Source of the DNA: Azolla caroliniana
Lineage: Eukaryota; Plantae; Polypodiophyta
DNA length: 64,000 nucleotides
Reading direction: 5' to 3'
NCBI GenBank assembly: GCA_043228905.1
Contig: JBHGNT010000006.1
Coordinates: 6,448,001-6,512,000 of the forward strand
Shown here: positions 1 through 12,808 of the stretch, one piece after another
Layout of the letters: every line of letters begins with the position of its first letter
How positions within the stretch are numbered: the stretch's first letter is position 1
Made by a program: the position numbers and the translations under genes
Notes under the pieces: generated by a model
Told to the model about the DNA's origin: nothing
Seen by the model: only the letters and a program-made list of their open reading frames with translations
Databases searched by the model: none

Positions 1-996
1 GGGATTCTCCTCCAAACATTAACGTTTCATACTAACACAAATGATAATTTATGAAGCAAGAACATGTCCTCATTGAAATGCCTACATATGCTTTTAACTA
101 GGAAAGGATATATCCTCAATGATCCAATACAAAGGAAACTCCATACTACATTAAGAGTTAGAACTTAGCAATCAACATTGTGCCTAGGTAGGCAAGTCAT
201 GTTGGAAGTCTTCTTTGTTTTGTATTGTATTTTGAAATCAAACATGCTATATGATTGGTCATGATAGAAGCATGAACACATAATATGTTGAGATGTGCGA
301 AATCTTGGTTAGAGATGTTTGCATAGTGGTGTTAGAAACGTGAAAGCATAATAACTTAAGAGACCCACAAGACTTGGTTAGAGATGTTTGCATGTGCCAC
401 AATTGTTGATTGATACTTTCTAAAACCCCCCCTCTTCTACCTTAATTAGTAGGAATGTTTTATGCTTAGATATTTAAATATATGGCTTTTATTTTTTGGG
501 CTTTCCTAAAGGAAGTCACAATGTTTCCTTATTGTTTTCTATGATTAAGAAAATAATTCTCTTTTGTGTTTTGAATATACGTGTAATGATTCGAATATAT
601 TCATGTACTTTTGTGCGACGTTGGAGATGTCCCTTTCAAACATTAAACGACCCTATTGTTCATGCAAAGCGAATAAGAGGAACAATTCTTTCACTTGGGT
701 TATTTGAGATGGCCTTTAGTACACATTGAAATCAAGACTTTTTTAGAACCTTACTAGATTGTAATTTGTTATAGAAAGGAGCAAAGAAAAGAAAGTTGGA
801 GACCCTTGGAGAGAAACCTTGAAAGGAAAGAAATGTTTTAAGTATTATGATACATTGATCCTTAGAAGAAAAGAAAAAACATATTATTTTAGAATGGTCC
901 ATCCCCTAACATGAGTGTTCTAACCAAGACAATGAAAAGTATCTTGTTTATTCCCAACAGTGTTTGCTATGATTAGAAAATCATTGAAGTAATTGT

Positions 997-1072
<76 letters not shown>
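997..1072. repeat. Compound (TG)n(AG)n microsatellite
   Basis: Directly visible dinucleotide runs. Confidence 0.95.
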
Positions 1073-1076
<4 letters not shown>

Positions 1077-1124
1077 CACCATGCACATATCCAAGGTTAA
1101 AATAGTTGATCAAATTTCAAGCTG

Positions 1125-1338
1125 ACTTATAAGGAACCATGTGGTTTGAGCAAATCAAAGATGAATATGATAGTGAAATGATACGAACATAGAGATACAC
1201 CTCAAAACATAGTAAAATGATAATATGATAGTTAATCTAATTTCAAACTAACTTATAAGGAACCATGTGGTTTGAGCTAATCAAAGATGAATATGATAGT
1301 GAAAATGATACGAACATAGAGAGACACCTCAAAACATA
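1125..1338. repeat. Direct duplication of ~87 bp (1125-1211 and 1251-1338)
   Basis: acttataaggaaccatgtggtttgagc...cacctcaaaacata occurs twice. Confidence 0.85.
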
Positions 1339-1441
1339 CCCCACATGTAGTGCAATTCTTGCCGAAAATGATAATAATTAGGTAAATGCACCTAAATGTT
1401 GATTGAACTCCAAAAATATACTCGAAAAAGAACAAAATTGC

Positions 1442-2021
1442 TATCTATGGGACAAAAGGAACAAGGTGTGAAAAGGATTGAGAAGAACAAATGCGAAAGG
1501 GATGCATAGGACAAGTGTGAAAACATGTAAAGAAGTCGATCACATGCAACCGAAGGTAGAAGCCGATTAATTAGGATGAAGTAGTTGGAACGCGCCGAAG
1601 CGGGAAAGGAAGCTATATAAGCACGAAGTGGCGAACACGGGAAAAGGGGGGAACCGCTAAAGATTGAATATACTAGTTAGGAGCCCAAAGTGATAGAGCC
1701 TAGCTCTAGATTTGTATTGAGTGAGTGAGCATCACCGATTCTACTCGGTCTTTTGTACTATCATTGTATTATGTGTTAACTTAATCGAATACTTATACTT
1801 GTGGGTCAATCTCTGTGTTTGTCTCATTCTAAGTCTATCGTTACTTCTTGCGGTTCGGTCTTTAAAACGTGATAGCGAATAGGTAGTAGTCGTTCTCGAA
1901 GTGTCCATTAGGGGTGTACAATTTGACCCCTACTCGGGTCCTTAGTTTCTTACGCACCACGATTCTTTGACCTGATTACTCAAGATGAGTAATCGAAGGT
2001 GTTCTCCAGGAGGGAGCAACA
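1442..2021 (+). repeat. 5' LTR of element A (5'-truncated)
   Basis: Diverged copy of 24495-25072; ends in CA followed by the PBS. Confidence 0.75.
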
Positions 2022-2301
2022 CAATTTGGCATGCCCGGTTCACTCTGTGAGGTCACAACGAACAACGCGTAGGAGAACCCCCAACCGTCATAACGACGCC
2101 CACATGAGGCACACGCACTCAGCTAATGACCGACGTGCCGAACATGCCGAAGGTACTTTCGAATAAACTCTCACACCGACACAACAATCACCGCCGCTGG
2201 CACCAGACACCCACTCCACCGTGAGTCCTGACCCCGTCTCGCCTAGCAGCCCCTCCAAAGTCAACTCCTTTCTGGCGTTACTAGAAGATCTCGACTTTGA
2301 C

Positions 2302-3051
2302 ATGATGTCGTAGCCATATCAACAGTACACCGATGGCTCCGATGTAGAGTCACACATCAGATCCTTCTTGTCTACATGGCAAGCCAACCATTCGATGCAG
2401 CATTTGACCGTTGTCGAGGTTGAATCGTCTAAAATCGCGGAGTTCACATTGTCCCTCGATGAACCCACATTGCACTTGTATTCTTGACACGATCTGGGGG
2501 AATTTGCGATGTTTCAGGATGTCCACAATCATTTCCTCGAACTTTTCCATCGGGAGATACCGAAGCGGGAAGTGCTCCGCCAGTTGTACACTATCACACA
2601 AGAGCAAAATGAAACGGTTCCCCAATTCACGATCCGCTTTCAAGACCTTTACTGCCAGCTCGCTCAAGACATCTCCGCGGATCATCTAAAGGACACATTC
2701 CTTGTAGGGCTGAAGGAGCCTCTTCGCACGACCTTAGCCCTTACCGACTTATCGCAACAAACGATCAAGCAAGTGGTCGGCCGCGTCCTCGCCCTCGCCC
2801 TCGACAAAGCTCAAAACTCCACCTCCTTTTCTATGAGTTCACTCCAAGGTGCTTTGCCAACAAATGAAAAAACCCAATTTCGACTGGCTATACAATGCAT
2901 GGCGTGTTTGAATTCCAGCCACTCGACAATTGATTGTGCTCTCCAACCACACAACCCGATTTGCCATTCTCGACCTCACACAATAGAGCAATGTGAATAC
3001 AATATGCTCATTAACCGCACAATTGCCGCCCTGGTTGTCCCCGACAGGATG
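2302..3051 (+). pseudogene. Element A gag (retrotransposon gag plus degenerate zinc knuckles), disrupted
   Basis: QEQNETVPQFTIRFQDL...LKDTFLVGLKEPLR and CxxC-like motifs; stops and frameshift. Confidence 0.7.
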
Positions 3052-3530
3052 ATCATTGTCATGGACATAACAACAGTCATGTCTTGGTTCGAACTCTTGA
3101 CCTACTGTATTTAATCGATATGTTTTAACCAATACATCCAATACATAATCATGTTACCTTATTAGATTGTTGTAGATGATCTATTCTACATGTAGGATTT
3201 TAGAAGCTTCCAGAAAGCTCCAAAAGTTAGAACATTCTAGAAGCTTGTGCATGCAAATGAGTCTTTGCATGGGGCTACATTTAGAGCCCATAAACATGCA
3301 TAAATACAAGGGTTCACCAGTTATGGAATCATAATTCAGTTCTTGTTCTTTTGACTACTTTCTCTCTCTCTTTCTTATTATCTTGTCTATGATCTCTCTC
3401 TCACTCTCTTAGTATTGAGCTCTCTTAGTATTGAGCCTCGTCTACATGTTCGTGACAGTTTGTTCACCTTCCATCTCCAAAGCCTCATCATGTAAGATTC
3501 AACCGAGAACATAAATCAACTATTGGCAGC

Positions 3531-6500
3531 CATGCATCAACTTCAACTTGAAAATGAGAATCTTCGGGAATCTCTCTAGAATCTCCAAGCTAGGACTCCA
3601 ATGGAATTGGAGAATGAAGAACCCAAGTGCCTTCCTACATCAAGGAATCTCCAATCTATAGAGCTTGCCCCTCGTCAATCCTCACTCCAATTCCTCTTGA
3701 CCCCACTTCAATTATAGAACTCAATGTTAATTTACCCGACAAGTTCGATGGCACAAGGGCGCAATTCCGGGGTTTCATAAATCAGATCAAGCTTATTATC
3801 CGACTACAACCCCAAAGATATGCGAATGATTTTTGCCGAGTTGGCCTCATTGGGACTCTCCTCTCGGGAGCTGCACAAAGCTAGTTCACACCTTTGGTTG
3901 AAACATCATCGCCACTTCTTGACAATTTTTCTGTTTTCTTAGAAGAGTTCGAGGCGACATTTGGGGATACGGATCGGCGTTGAACAAGCCTTGCCAAACT
4001 CTATTCATTACATCAAGGTAAGCATCCAGTGTTTGTTTATGCATCTAAATTTAGACAATTAGCATGTGATGTTCAGTGGGACGACCAAGCCCTTTGCAAC
4101 CATTTTTGTTGGGGCCTTCGAAGTGATGTTAAAAATCTACTAATAAACTTCCCTGAGCTGACTTCATTATTGCAAGCCATCAAGCAAGTAGTCAGTTGTG
4201 ACAACCGCCTTTTTGAACTTCGACAAGAGGAACGTGTGACTTCCAATTTGACGCCCTTTCTCCACATTAAACCTATGGTACAACCCCAAGTGACTACGAG
4301 ATCTTCTCCAACAACATCATTCAATGATCCTATGCCGATGGAAATTGATCGAGCTCGAGCCAAACTCACCACAGCCGAACAACACCATCGATGAACCAAT
4401 GGGCTATGTCTATACTGTGGTGTCTCTACCCATCTAATTCGTTTTTCCCCACTCAAAAGCAATCTACGACAAGTCTATCGGGACAATCCAACTAATGGGT
4501 CCCAACCTTCGGAAAACAACGATGTCCAACTACAATAGGAGCCATGCGGTTGGACAACAGACATACATGTTGCTCCCAAAGTTCTACTAACGACTTTTCC
4601 TTCGAGGTAACTCTCTGTTTCCAGTGTATTTCAATTCAATCCTTAGCGCTTAGACTCGATTACGGGGCCGCTACGTGTTTTATGGACGAAACGTCCGTTC
4701 GTAAACACAACTTTCCTGTTGTCTGGTTGTCCAAGCCTATCCCAATCGAAGCTATCGATGGGTGAATGCTCTTCTCTGACGCAATCACCAAAGCCACGGT
4801 CCCCCTCATTTTGCAGCTCGGGACCCATCAGGAGGCCTTAATATTTTACCTCATCACTTCACCGCGGCATCCAATCATACTTGGGTTGTCTTGGTTGAAA
4901 GCGAATAACCCTATTATAGATTGGCACAACCACTCACTTACTTTTCAGCCGCAATTCACATGGAGGTTGGAGTGACTTCCAATGCCGTTGTGTCAGAATG
5001 GCCTGAATCATTTTCTGTCGAGCACTCCTCCATTCAACGCGGACCAATGCACTCAGATGCTCATGCCCTAGTCACAATGCACTCCATCTCAATGGGCAAT
5101 GACTTAGAGTCGAGTACCCCAGCTTTGGTTCCTATGAAAGCCAATTTGGACTCACTTCCATCCAAATATGGTGACTTTGCTGATGTGTTCGAGAAGAAGA
5201 ATGCATATCACTTATCGGAGCATCAACCATATGATTGTCCGATCGATCTACAGGAGGGAACATCTCCACCCTTTGGGCCCATCTATGGTCTCTCCAAACC
5301 AGAACTAGAGGCTCTTCGCACATATCTCGATGAAAATTTGGAGAAGGGCTTCATCCAACCGTCTAAGTCACCAGTTGGGCCCCCCATCTTGTTTGTGAAT
5401 CAAATGGATGGATCGTTGCGTCTATGTGAGGATTACCATGGCCTTAATAAAATCGCGGTATGTAATCGATACCCTTTAGCTCTCATCCTAGAGCTCCTTG
5501 ATCGCCTTCATTGTGCACAGGTCTTCTCCAAGATTGACTTGCGGGGAGCATAAAACTTGGTTCGGATTAAACTTGGTGATGAATGGAAGACGACATTTCG
5601 TATGCGATACAGACACTTTGAGTACAAGGTAATGCCTTTTGGACTCACCAATGCTCCAGTTGTTTTTCAACATATGATGAACGACATATTTCGAGAATAT
5701 CTCAATCACTTTGTCGTTATCTACCTTGATGACATTCTTGTCTTCTTGTCGAGCATTGAAGGGCATACTCACCACGTTCGATTGATTCTCTTGAAACTCA
5801 TGGCCTCTATGCCAAGAGAGAGAAATGTGAGTTTGATTGCAATTCCATAGGATTTCTTGGTTATGTTATCTCCCCCTAGGGCATCACCATGGATCCAAGG
5901 AAAATCAAGAAATTTCAAGAATGGGCCACTCCAAAATGAGTAAAGGATGTCTAGTCGTTCCTTGGTTTCGCACATTTCTATCGGCGATTTATCAAGGGGT
6001 TCTCCATCATAGTCCAACCCTTGATTGAGCTTACTCGTAAAGGGATGTCGTTTCAATGGACTCCATCTACTCAACATCCCTTCGACCTACTCAAGGAAGT
6101 TTTTACCCGGGCTCCAGGCCTCCTTTATGTCGACCCTACTAAGCCTTTTCAAGTTGAAACAGATACCTCTGACTTTGCCATTGGTGCCATCTTATCCCAA
6201 CCCGATGATGAAGGCATCCTACATCCGGTGGCGTACTACTCCCGAAAATTCACAGCTCCAGAAATAAACTATCCCATCTACGACAAGGAGCTCGTGACTA
6301 TAGTGGTAGCTTTCACGGAGTGGAGACCTTAGTTGGCTGGGGCGCAACATCGGGTTCAAGTATTAACAGATCATAAAAATTTATTGTATTTCTCAACAAC
6401 CCGTACTTTGAATCGGCGGCAAGCCCGTTGGTCAACTTTCTTAGCCGACTATGATTTTGAAATTGTCTTTCGGCCAGGGGCACAAAATATGAAGGCTGAT

Positions 6501-7426
6501 GCTCTTTCACGATGGTCGGATTTTGAGTTGAGCCCAAGGGATGATGCCTATGCTCAACAATCTCACTGTTTGCTTAAACCAGATCAATTCCAGCTCTTCG
6601 CCACATGCATGCTCCATGACGACTCTTTGCGTGAGGAGATATCCAAAGCACTTCCCATTGACAAATTTGTCAACGCAATTCAAGAAGGTCTTATTGATCT
6701 GTCTAAATCCAAGACCAAGGAAGACCTTGACTGCTTTAGATTCAAGGGGGGATTGCTTTACCGAGACCAACTCTTATATGTTCCAGAGGGCCGATGTCGA
6801 ACTCAAGTTCTCCAAAAGTGTCATGATGACCCCTTGCCTGGTCGTTTTGGCATTACAAAGACACTCGAATTAATCTCACGAGGATATTGGTGGCCTCAAC
6901 CATGGAAGTTCATCAAGGAATTCATTAGGACATGCGATACTTGTGCTAGATCCAAAGTCGTCCACCATAGGCCATATGGGTTGCTCCAACCACTTCCCAT
7001 TCCCAACCGGCCTTGGGCATCAATTTCCATGGATTTCATCACTAACTTGCCTCTTGTCCATGGATATGACACAATGCTCATCATGGTAGATCGGTTTACA
7101 AAGATGGCTCATTTTGCCCCTTGTGCAAAGACTATTTCAGTAGAAGCAACAACCGATCTATTTTTAAAGAATGTGGTGCGGCTTCATGGGGTCCCAGATG
7201 ATGTCACCTCAGATTGCGAACCCCAATTTGTCTCTCATTTTTGGCAGCAGCTCCTTCAAACATTGGGCACAACAGTGAATTTGTCTTCGTCCTATCATCC
7301 TCAAACCAATGGCCAAACGGAGCGGGTGAACCAAATTCTTGAGCAATACCTTTGATGCTCGCTTAGCTACCAACAATATGATAGGGTTGATCTCCTACCG
7401 TTGGCAGCAGAGTTCACATATAATAA
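3531..7426 (+). pseudogene. Element B gag-pol (PDKFDG gag, protease, RT YLDD, RNase H, integrase N-terminal part) with many stops and frameshifts
   Basis: ORF fragments 3627-7355 with [42 protein letters not shown]. Confidence 0.9.
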
Positions 7427-10400
7427 TGTTGGGATTTACGGTCCCTCCGGATGGGATGTCCGGAGATGAATGACGGCAAGCCCGGTTGCGGTTACGGAAC
7501 CGGAGGATGAAGAGTACCCGGCATGAAGCCGGATGAAGAGTACCCCGGTTACGGAGCCGGATGACGAAGACCCCGGTTACGGAGCCGGATGATGAATGTA
7601 CCCGGAGAGAGATCCGGATGCGGGGACATATTTGTGAATATGTTTGCCAAGGGCCCTTGAGGCTATATTTGTAAATAGCCCGAAAGTCATATGTGTATAA
7701 ATATGACTTAGGGCAAACAGTTTATGTTGTTGCTCATTTTATGTTCTAGCCGAGAGAGCGGAGTGAGAGCAGCCGAGAGAGAGAGAGAGAGAAAGGAAGA
7801 GGTCGACGCCTCTGTGTATTGCCGCCGCCTGTGGCGAAGACAGTGAGCTCAAGGTTGTTGCCTTGTAGCTTCACCATTGTACATCTCTGTGTATAGTGTG
7901 AGTTGGAGTTTGAGGACTCACGTGGTTTTTCCCATTTAGGGTTTTCCACGTAAAACATACTGTGTACTCTTCTCTCTATTGTTTTGGAGCATTTCGTGTT
8001 TCCTGTTTTCTGTGATTTGATCCTATTTCTCGGTTGTGGCCGAGCGCGGTGTCCAACAAAGTGGTATCAGAGCGACGGTAACACAGAAAATGGAAGGCGG
8101 CGGTAGCGGGCCTCCGGGCATGATGGTGCTGAACGCGCAGAACTACGCCGACTGGAAGATAAAGATGGAGGACCTGCTCATTGTTCGGGACCTGTATGAA
8201 CCGATCGACAGGTCGGAAATACCCAAGGGGGTACTTGAGACGGAGTGGAGGCTTCTGAACCGGAAAGCCGTTGCAACCATTAGGCAATACGTCGACGTGA
8301 GCGTTCTACAACACGTGGCGAACGACACCAACGCATATGAGATGTGGAGGAAGCTGTCGGGCCTCTACGAAAGGAAGAATGCGTTGAACCGGACCTCCCT
8401 GATGAGAAAGATAGTGAACCTCAAGTACCGGGACGGCGAGAGTATGGTGGAACACGTAAGCACGTTCATGGGATTCGTGAACCAGCTTGCGGCGATCAAG
8501 TTCCCGTTGGAGGATGCAATGCAAGCCATCATCCTGATGTGTACATTGCCGGACAGCTGGGAGAACTTGGTGGTGACTCTCAGCACCTCTTGCACCGAAG
8601 ATAACTTGTCTCTACAAACGGTAAAGACAAGTATTTTGAACGAAGAAGCGCGTCGGAGAGATAAAGAACCGGCCTCCGACCCGAAGGCGCTGCTTACCGA
8701 ATCGGAACGGGGAAGACAATGGAACCGGAGTCCGCAAAGACGGGAGAAGTCGGGGACCCGGTCGCAGTCAAGAGGAAGACCCACATGCTTCCACTGTGGG
8801 AAGCCGGGGCACTTCCGGAAGAATTGTCGGCATTACCGAAAGGACAACGGAGCCGACGACACCGATTCGAAGAAGTCACCGGAGCGAAACGGTGCATACC
8901 GGGGAGCCACGGACCGGAGAGGTCCGGATCGACGAGGGCAGGACCGGAAAGGAACGACGGCACTCGCGGCAAGTGAAGAAGAGATAATGCTCATTACCGA
9001 AGAGAGGGAGCTGAACCTTGCCGGTGAAGAGATGACCTGGGTGGTCGATTCCGGAGCGTCGTTCCACCTGACCCCGGAGAAGAAATACTTCTCATCCTAC
9101 ATAGCCGGTGAGCACGGCTGTGTCCGGATGGGAAATGAAGGCACGTGCCGGATTGCCGGCATAGGAGACGTGTGGCTGATGACATCAACCGGATGTAAAA
9201 TGCTGCTGAAGGATGTCCGACACGTTCCGGAGGTTCGATTGAACCTGATTTCGGCCGGGAGGCTAGACGATGAAGGCTACACAGGTAGCATCCGGAACGG
9301 CGTAATGAAGTTCAGCAAGGGGAGCTTGATAGTGGCTCGGGCCCGGAAGGTCAACACACTGTACCTGATGAATTCCCGGCTATGTCCGGAGGAGTTGAAT
9401 GTGGCAGCCGACACTGCCGGTGAGCTGTGGCACAAGAGACTGTGCCACATGAGCGAGAAGGGGATGAAGAGGCTTGCAGAAGACAACCTCATTCCAGTGA
9501 AGCATGTGCACCTGGAGAAGTGCACCGACTGCCTGGCCGGTAAGCAAAACCGGGCCTCCTTCCACTCAAGGCCACCGACGAGACGTATTGCACCATTGGA
9601 GCTGGTGCATACTGACGTGTGTCAAGTAGAAACGAAGTCACATGGCGGAGCCCAGTACTTCGTAACATTCATAGATGATCACAGCCGGAAGCTGTGGTCG
9701 GCACCGTTGAAGACAAAGGACCAAGTATTGTCCGTCTTCAAAGAACTCCACGCGAGAGTGGAAAGGGAATCCGGCAAGAAGCTGAAAGCGGTACGAGCGG
9801 ATAACGGAGGGGAATACCGGGGGCAGTTCGAGGAGTACTGTCGCTCGAAGGGAATCCGGCTCGAGTTTACTGTGCCGAAGACGCCGGAACTGAACGGGCT
9901 GGCCGAGAGGATGAACCGGACCATAATGGAGAGGGTCCGGAGTATGCTGGCGCATGCGAAATTACCCAAGGGGTTTTGGGCTGAGGCAATGTCGACGGCG
10001 ACATACGTGATAAACAGATCACCCTCAGTACCTTTGGATGGAGACACGCCACAGAGAGTGTGGACCGGTAGGGAAGTATCCTACCGGCATCTGAAGGTGT
10101 TCGGGTGTCTCGCATATGTGCATGTGGCAAAGGACCGGAGAGGAAAGCTAGATCCAAAGACCCGGCCATGCATATTCCTCGGTTACGGCAACGACGAGTT
10201 CGGCTACCGAGTATGGGACCCGGTCGACAAGAAGATATTCAGGAGTCGAGATATCATCTTCATGGAGGACAAGACACTCGCCGACTGGGAGTCGGAGAAG
10301 AAGATGAAGAGCTCCAAGTCGACCGGTGAGGATCAACTCTACAAGGAGCAGTCCCGACCGGCAAGAGACCGGTTAGCACTCGAGGATCCGGCCGAAGATG

Positions 10401-12803
10401 GTGAAGAAGCAGAACCGGCCGAAGAAGATGAAAATGATACCGGAACCGGCCCCGATCCCGAAATGGATTCGGATGAAGAAGAATCGGAAGAACCGGTTAC
10501 CGAAGCTCCGGAACGGAGATATCCTCTAAGAGAGAGAAGGGCCCCCCGGAGATTTTCGGAACCAGAGCACGTGCTGCTAACCGACGAGGGGGAGCCGGAG
10601 AGCTTTGAAGAGGCAAAGCATGACACCCATAGCCGCAGGTGGTTAAGTGCCATGCAGGAGGAGATGGATTCCCTGCATGAGAACCACACATATGAACTTG
10701 TGGAGTTGCCGAAAGGAAAACGGGCACTCCGTAACAAGTGGGTGTTCAAGCTGAAACCGGGAGATGCCGGAAACCCCCCGAGATACAAAGCCAGGATCGT
10801 GGTGAAGGGGTTCCAGCAGAAGAAGGGCGTCGACTTCGACGAGATATTTGCCCCGGTAGTGAAGATGACCTCCATCCGGACGGTGCTGAGCATAGCGGCA
10901 AGCATGGACCTCGAGATAGAACAGATGGATGTGAAGACGGCATTCCTTCACGGTGACCTCGAAGAAGAGATCTACATGCAGCAACCGGAAGGATTCGAGA
11001 AGAAAGGGAAGGAGCACCTGGTATGCCGGTTGAAGAAGAGCCTTTACGGTCTGAAGCAGGCTCCCCGGCAATGGTACCGGAAGTTCGACTCCTTCATGAC
11101 AGACGAAGGGTACCACAAAACGCAGTCCGATCACTGCGTGTTTGTGAAGAAGTTTGAAGGAGGAGACTTTCTAATACTCCTCCTGTACGTGGACGACATG
11201 TTGATCGTCGGACGAGACCAGGTCAAGATACGGATGCTGAAGAAAGCTCTTCACCGAACCTTCTCCATGAAGGACCTGGGTCCGGCAAGGCAAATACTGG
11301 GGATGCACATCATCCGGGACCGGAAGAAGAAGCAGTTGTGGCTGTCACAGGAGAAGTATGTGACAAAGGTGCTTCAACGGTTCAACATGTCAGAAGCAAG
11401 ACCGGTCGGATCGACCCTCCCGGCAAACTGCAAGCTGTCCAGCAAGCAAAGCCCCAAGACAAAAGCTGAAAAGGAGGATATGATGAAAGTACCATATGCC
11501 TCTGCCGTCGGAAGCTTGATGTACGCAATGGTGTGTACAAGACCGGACATTGGATACGCAGTCGGAGTGGTGAGCCGGTACATGAGCAATCCCGGTAAAG
11601 AGCATTGGAACGCGGCCAAGTGGATACTCCGATACCTGAAGGGCACGGCAAACGTGTGCCTCCGATTCGGCTCCGGTAAACCCGAACTCGACGGCTTCAC
11701 CGATTCGGATATGTCAGCTGATGCAGATACCAGCCGGTCCACATCAGGGTATGTGATGACGTATGCAGGGGGAGCTGTTTCGTGGCAGTCGAGGCTGCAG
11801 AAGACGGTTGCGTTGTCAACCACGGAGGCGGAGTACATGGCGGCTGTTGAAGCCGGCAAGGAAATAATATGGATGAAGGACTTCATTAGAGAGCTCGGTA
11901 TCCGGCAGGAGGAGTACCGACTCTACTGCGACAGTCAGAGTGCCATCCACCTTGCGAAGAACGCGGCCTATCACTCCCGGACGAAGCACATCCAGCGAAG
12001 ATATCACTGGATCCGGGAGAGGATAGAAGACGAGGAGTTCGTGTTGACGAAGATCCACACGGACGAGAACGGGTCGGATATGCTGACCAAGGTGCTTACA
12101 CCCGACAAGCTGGAAGCATGCCGGAAGAGGATCGGATTGGAGAGACATCCCATGCCGAAGTGAAGGGGGAGTTTGTTGGGATTTACGGTCCCTCCGGATG
12201 GGATGTCCGGAGATGAATGACGGCAAGCCCGGTTGCGGTTACGGAACCGGAGGATGAAGAGTACCCGGCATGAAGCCGGATGAAGAGTACCCCGGTTACG
12301 GAGCCGGATGACGAAGACCCCGGTTACGGAGCCGGATGATGAATGTACCCGGAGAGAGATCCGGATGCGGGGACATATTTGTGAATATGTTTGCCAAGGG
12401 CCCTTGAGGCTATATTTGTAAATAGCCCGAAAGTCATATGTGTATAAATATGACTTAGGGCAAACAGTTTATGTTGTTGCTCATTTTATGTTCTAGCCGA
12501 GAGAGCGGAGTGAGAGCAGCCGAGAGAGAGAGAGAGAAAGGAAGAGGTCGACGCCTCTGTGTATTGCCGCCGCCTGTGGCGAAGACAGTGAGCTCAAGGT
12601 TGTTGCCTTGTAGCTTCACCATTGTACATCTCTGTGTATAGTGTGAGTTGGAGTTTGAGGACTCACGTGGTTTTTCCCATTTAGGGTTTTCCACGTAAAA
12701 CATACTGTGTACTCTTCTCTCTATTGTTTTGGAGCATTTCGTGTTTCCTGTTTTCTGTGATTTGATCCTATTTCTCGGTTGTGGCCGAGCGCGGTGTCCA
12801 ACA
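7427..12803 (+). mobile_element. Element C: intact, very recent Ty1/Copia LTR retrotransposon inserted in the element B integrase
   Basis: LTRs 7427-8058 and 12174-12803, apparently differing only by one AG unit; TSD AATAA (7422-7426, 12804-12808); PBS tggtatcagagc (tRNA-iMet) 8062-8073; PPT tgaaggggga at 12161. Confidence 0.97.
8090..12163 (+). CDS. Copia gag-pol polyprotein (gag, CCHC knuckle, protease, integrase, RT, RNase H)
   Basis: Uninterrupted ORF: CFHCGKPGHFRKNC, WVVDSGAS, LVHTDVC, ADNGGEY, LLYVDDML, ALSTTEAEY; first ATG after the PBS is at 8090. Confidence 0.96.
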   Translation: MEGGGSGPPGMMVLNAQNYADWKIKMEDLLIVRDLYEPIDRSEIPKGVLETEWRLLNRKAVATIRQYVDVSVLQHVANDTNAYEMWRKLSGLYERKNALNRTSLMRKIVNLKYRDGESMVEHVSTFMGFVNQLAAIKFPLEDAMQAIILMCTLPDSWENLVVTLSTSCTEDNLSLQTVKTSILNEEARRRDKEPASDPKALLTESERGRQWNRSPQRREKSGTRSQSRGRPTCFHCGKPGHFRKNCRHYRKDNGADDTDSKKSPERNGAYRGATDRRGPDRRGQDRKGTTALAASEEEIMLITEERELNLAGEEMTWVVDSGASFHLTPEKKYFSSYIAGEHGCVRMGNEGTCRIAGIGDVWLMTSTGCKMLLKDVRHVPEVRLNLISAGRLDDEGYTGSIRNGVMKFSKGSLIVARARKVNTLYLMNSRLCPEELNVAADTAGELWHKRLCHMSEKGMKRLAEDNLIPVKHVHLEKCTDCLAGKQNRASFHSRPPTRRIAPLELVHTDVCQVETKSHGGAQYFVTFIDDHSRKLWSAPLKTKDQVLSVFKELHARVERESGKKLKAVRADNGGEYRGQFEEYCRSKGIRLEFTVPKTPELNGLAERMNRTIMERVRSMLAHAKLPKGFWAEAMSTATYVINRSPSVPLDGDTPQRVWTGREVSYRHLKVFGCLAYVHVAKDRRGKLDPKTRPCIFLGYGNDEFGYRVWDPVDKKIFRSRDIIFMEDKTLADWESEKKMKSSKSTGEDQLYKEQSRPARDRLALEDPAEDGEEAEPAEEDENDTGTGPDPEMDSDEEESEEPVTEAPERRYPLRERRAPRRFSEPEHVLLTDEGEPESFEEAKHDTHSRRWLSAMQEEMDSLHENHTYELVELPKGKRALRNKWVFKLKPGDAGNPPRYKARIVVKGFQQKKGVDFDEIFAPVVKMTSIRTVLSIAASMDLEIEQMDVKTAFLHGDLEEEIYMQQPEGFEKKGKEHLVCRLKKSLYGLKQAPRQWYRKFDSFMTDEGYHKTQSDHCVFVKKFEGGDFLILLLYVDDMLIVGRDQVKIRMLKKALHRTFSMKDLGPARQILGMHIIRDRKKKQLWLSQEKYVTKVLQRFNMSEARPVGSTLPANCKLSSKQSPKTKAEKEDMMKVPYASAVGSLMYAMVCTRPDIGYAVGVVSRYMSNPGKEHWNAAKWILRYLKGTANVCLRFGSGKPELDGFTDSDMSADADTSRSTSGYVMTYAGGAVSWQSRLQKTVALSTTEAEYMAAVEAGKEIIWMKDFIRELGIRQEEYRLYCDSQSAIHLAKNAAYHSRTKHIQRRYHWIRERIEDEEFVLTKIHTDENGSDMLTKVLTPDKLEACRKRIGLERHPMPK

Positions 12804-12808
12804 AATAA

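Noticed and set aside
8143-12226. Many overlapping antisense and alternate-frame ORFs in the Copia element
   Set aside because: By-products of GC-rich coding sequence; no recognisable motifs
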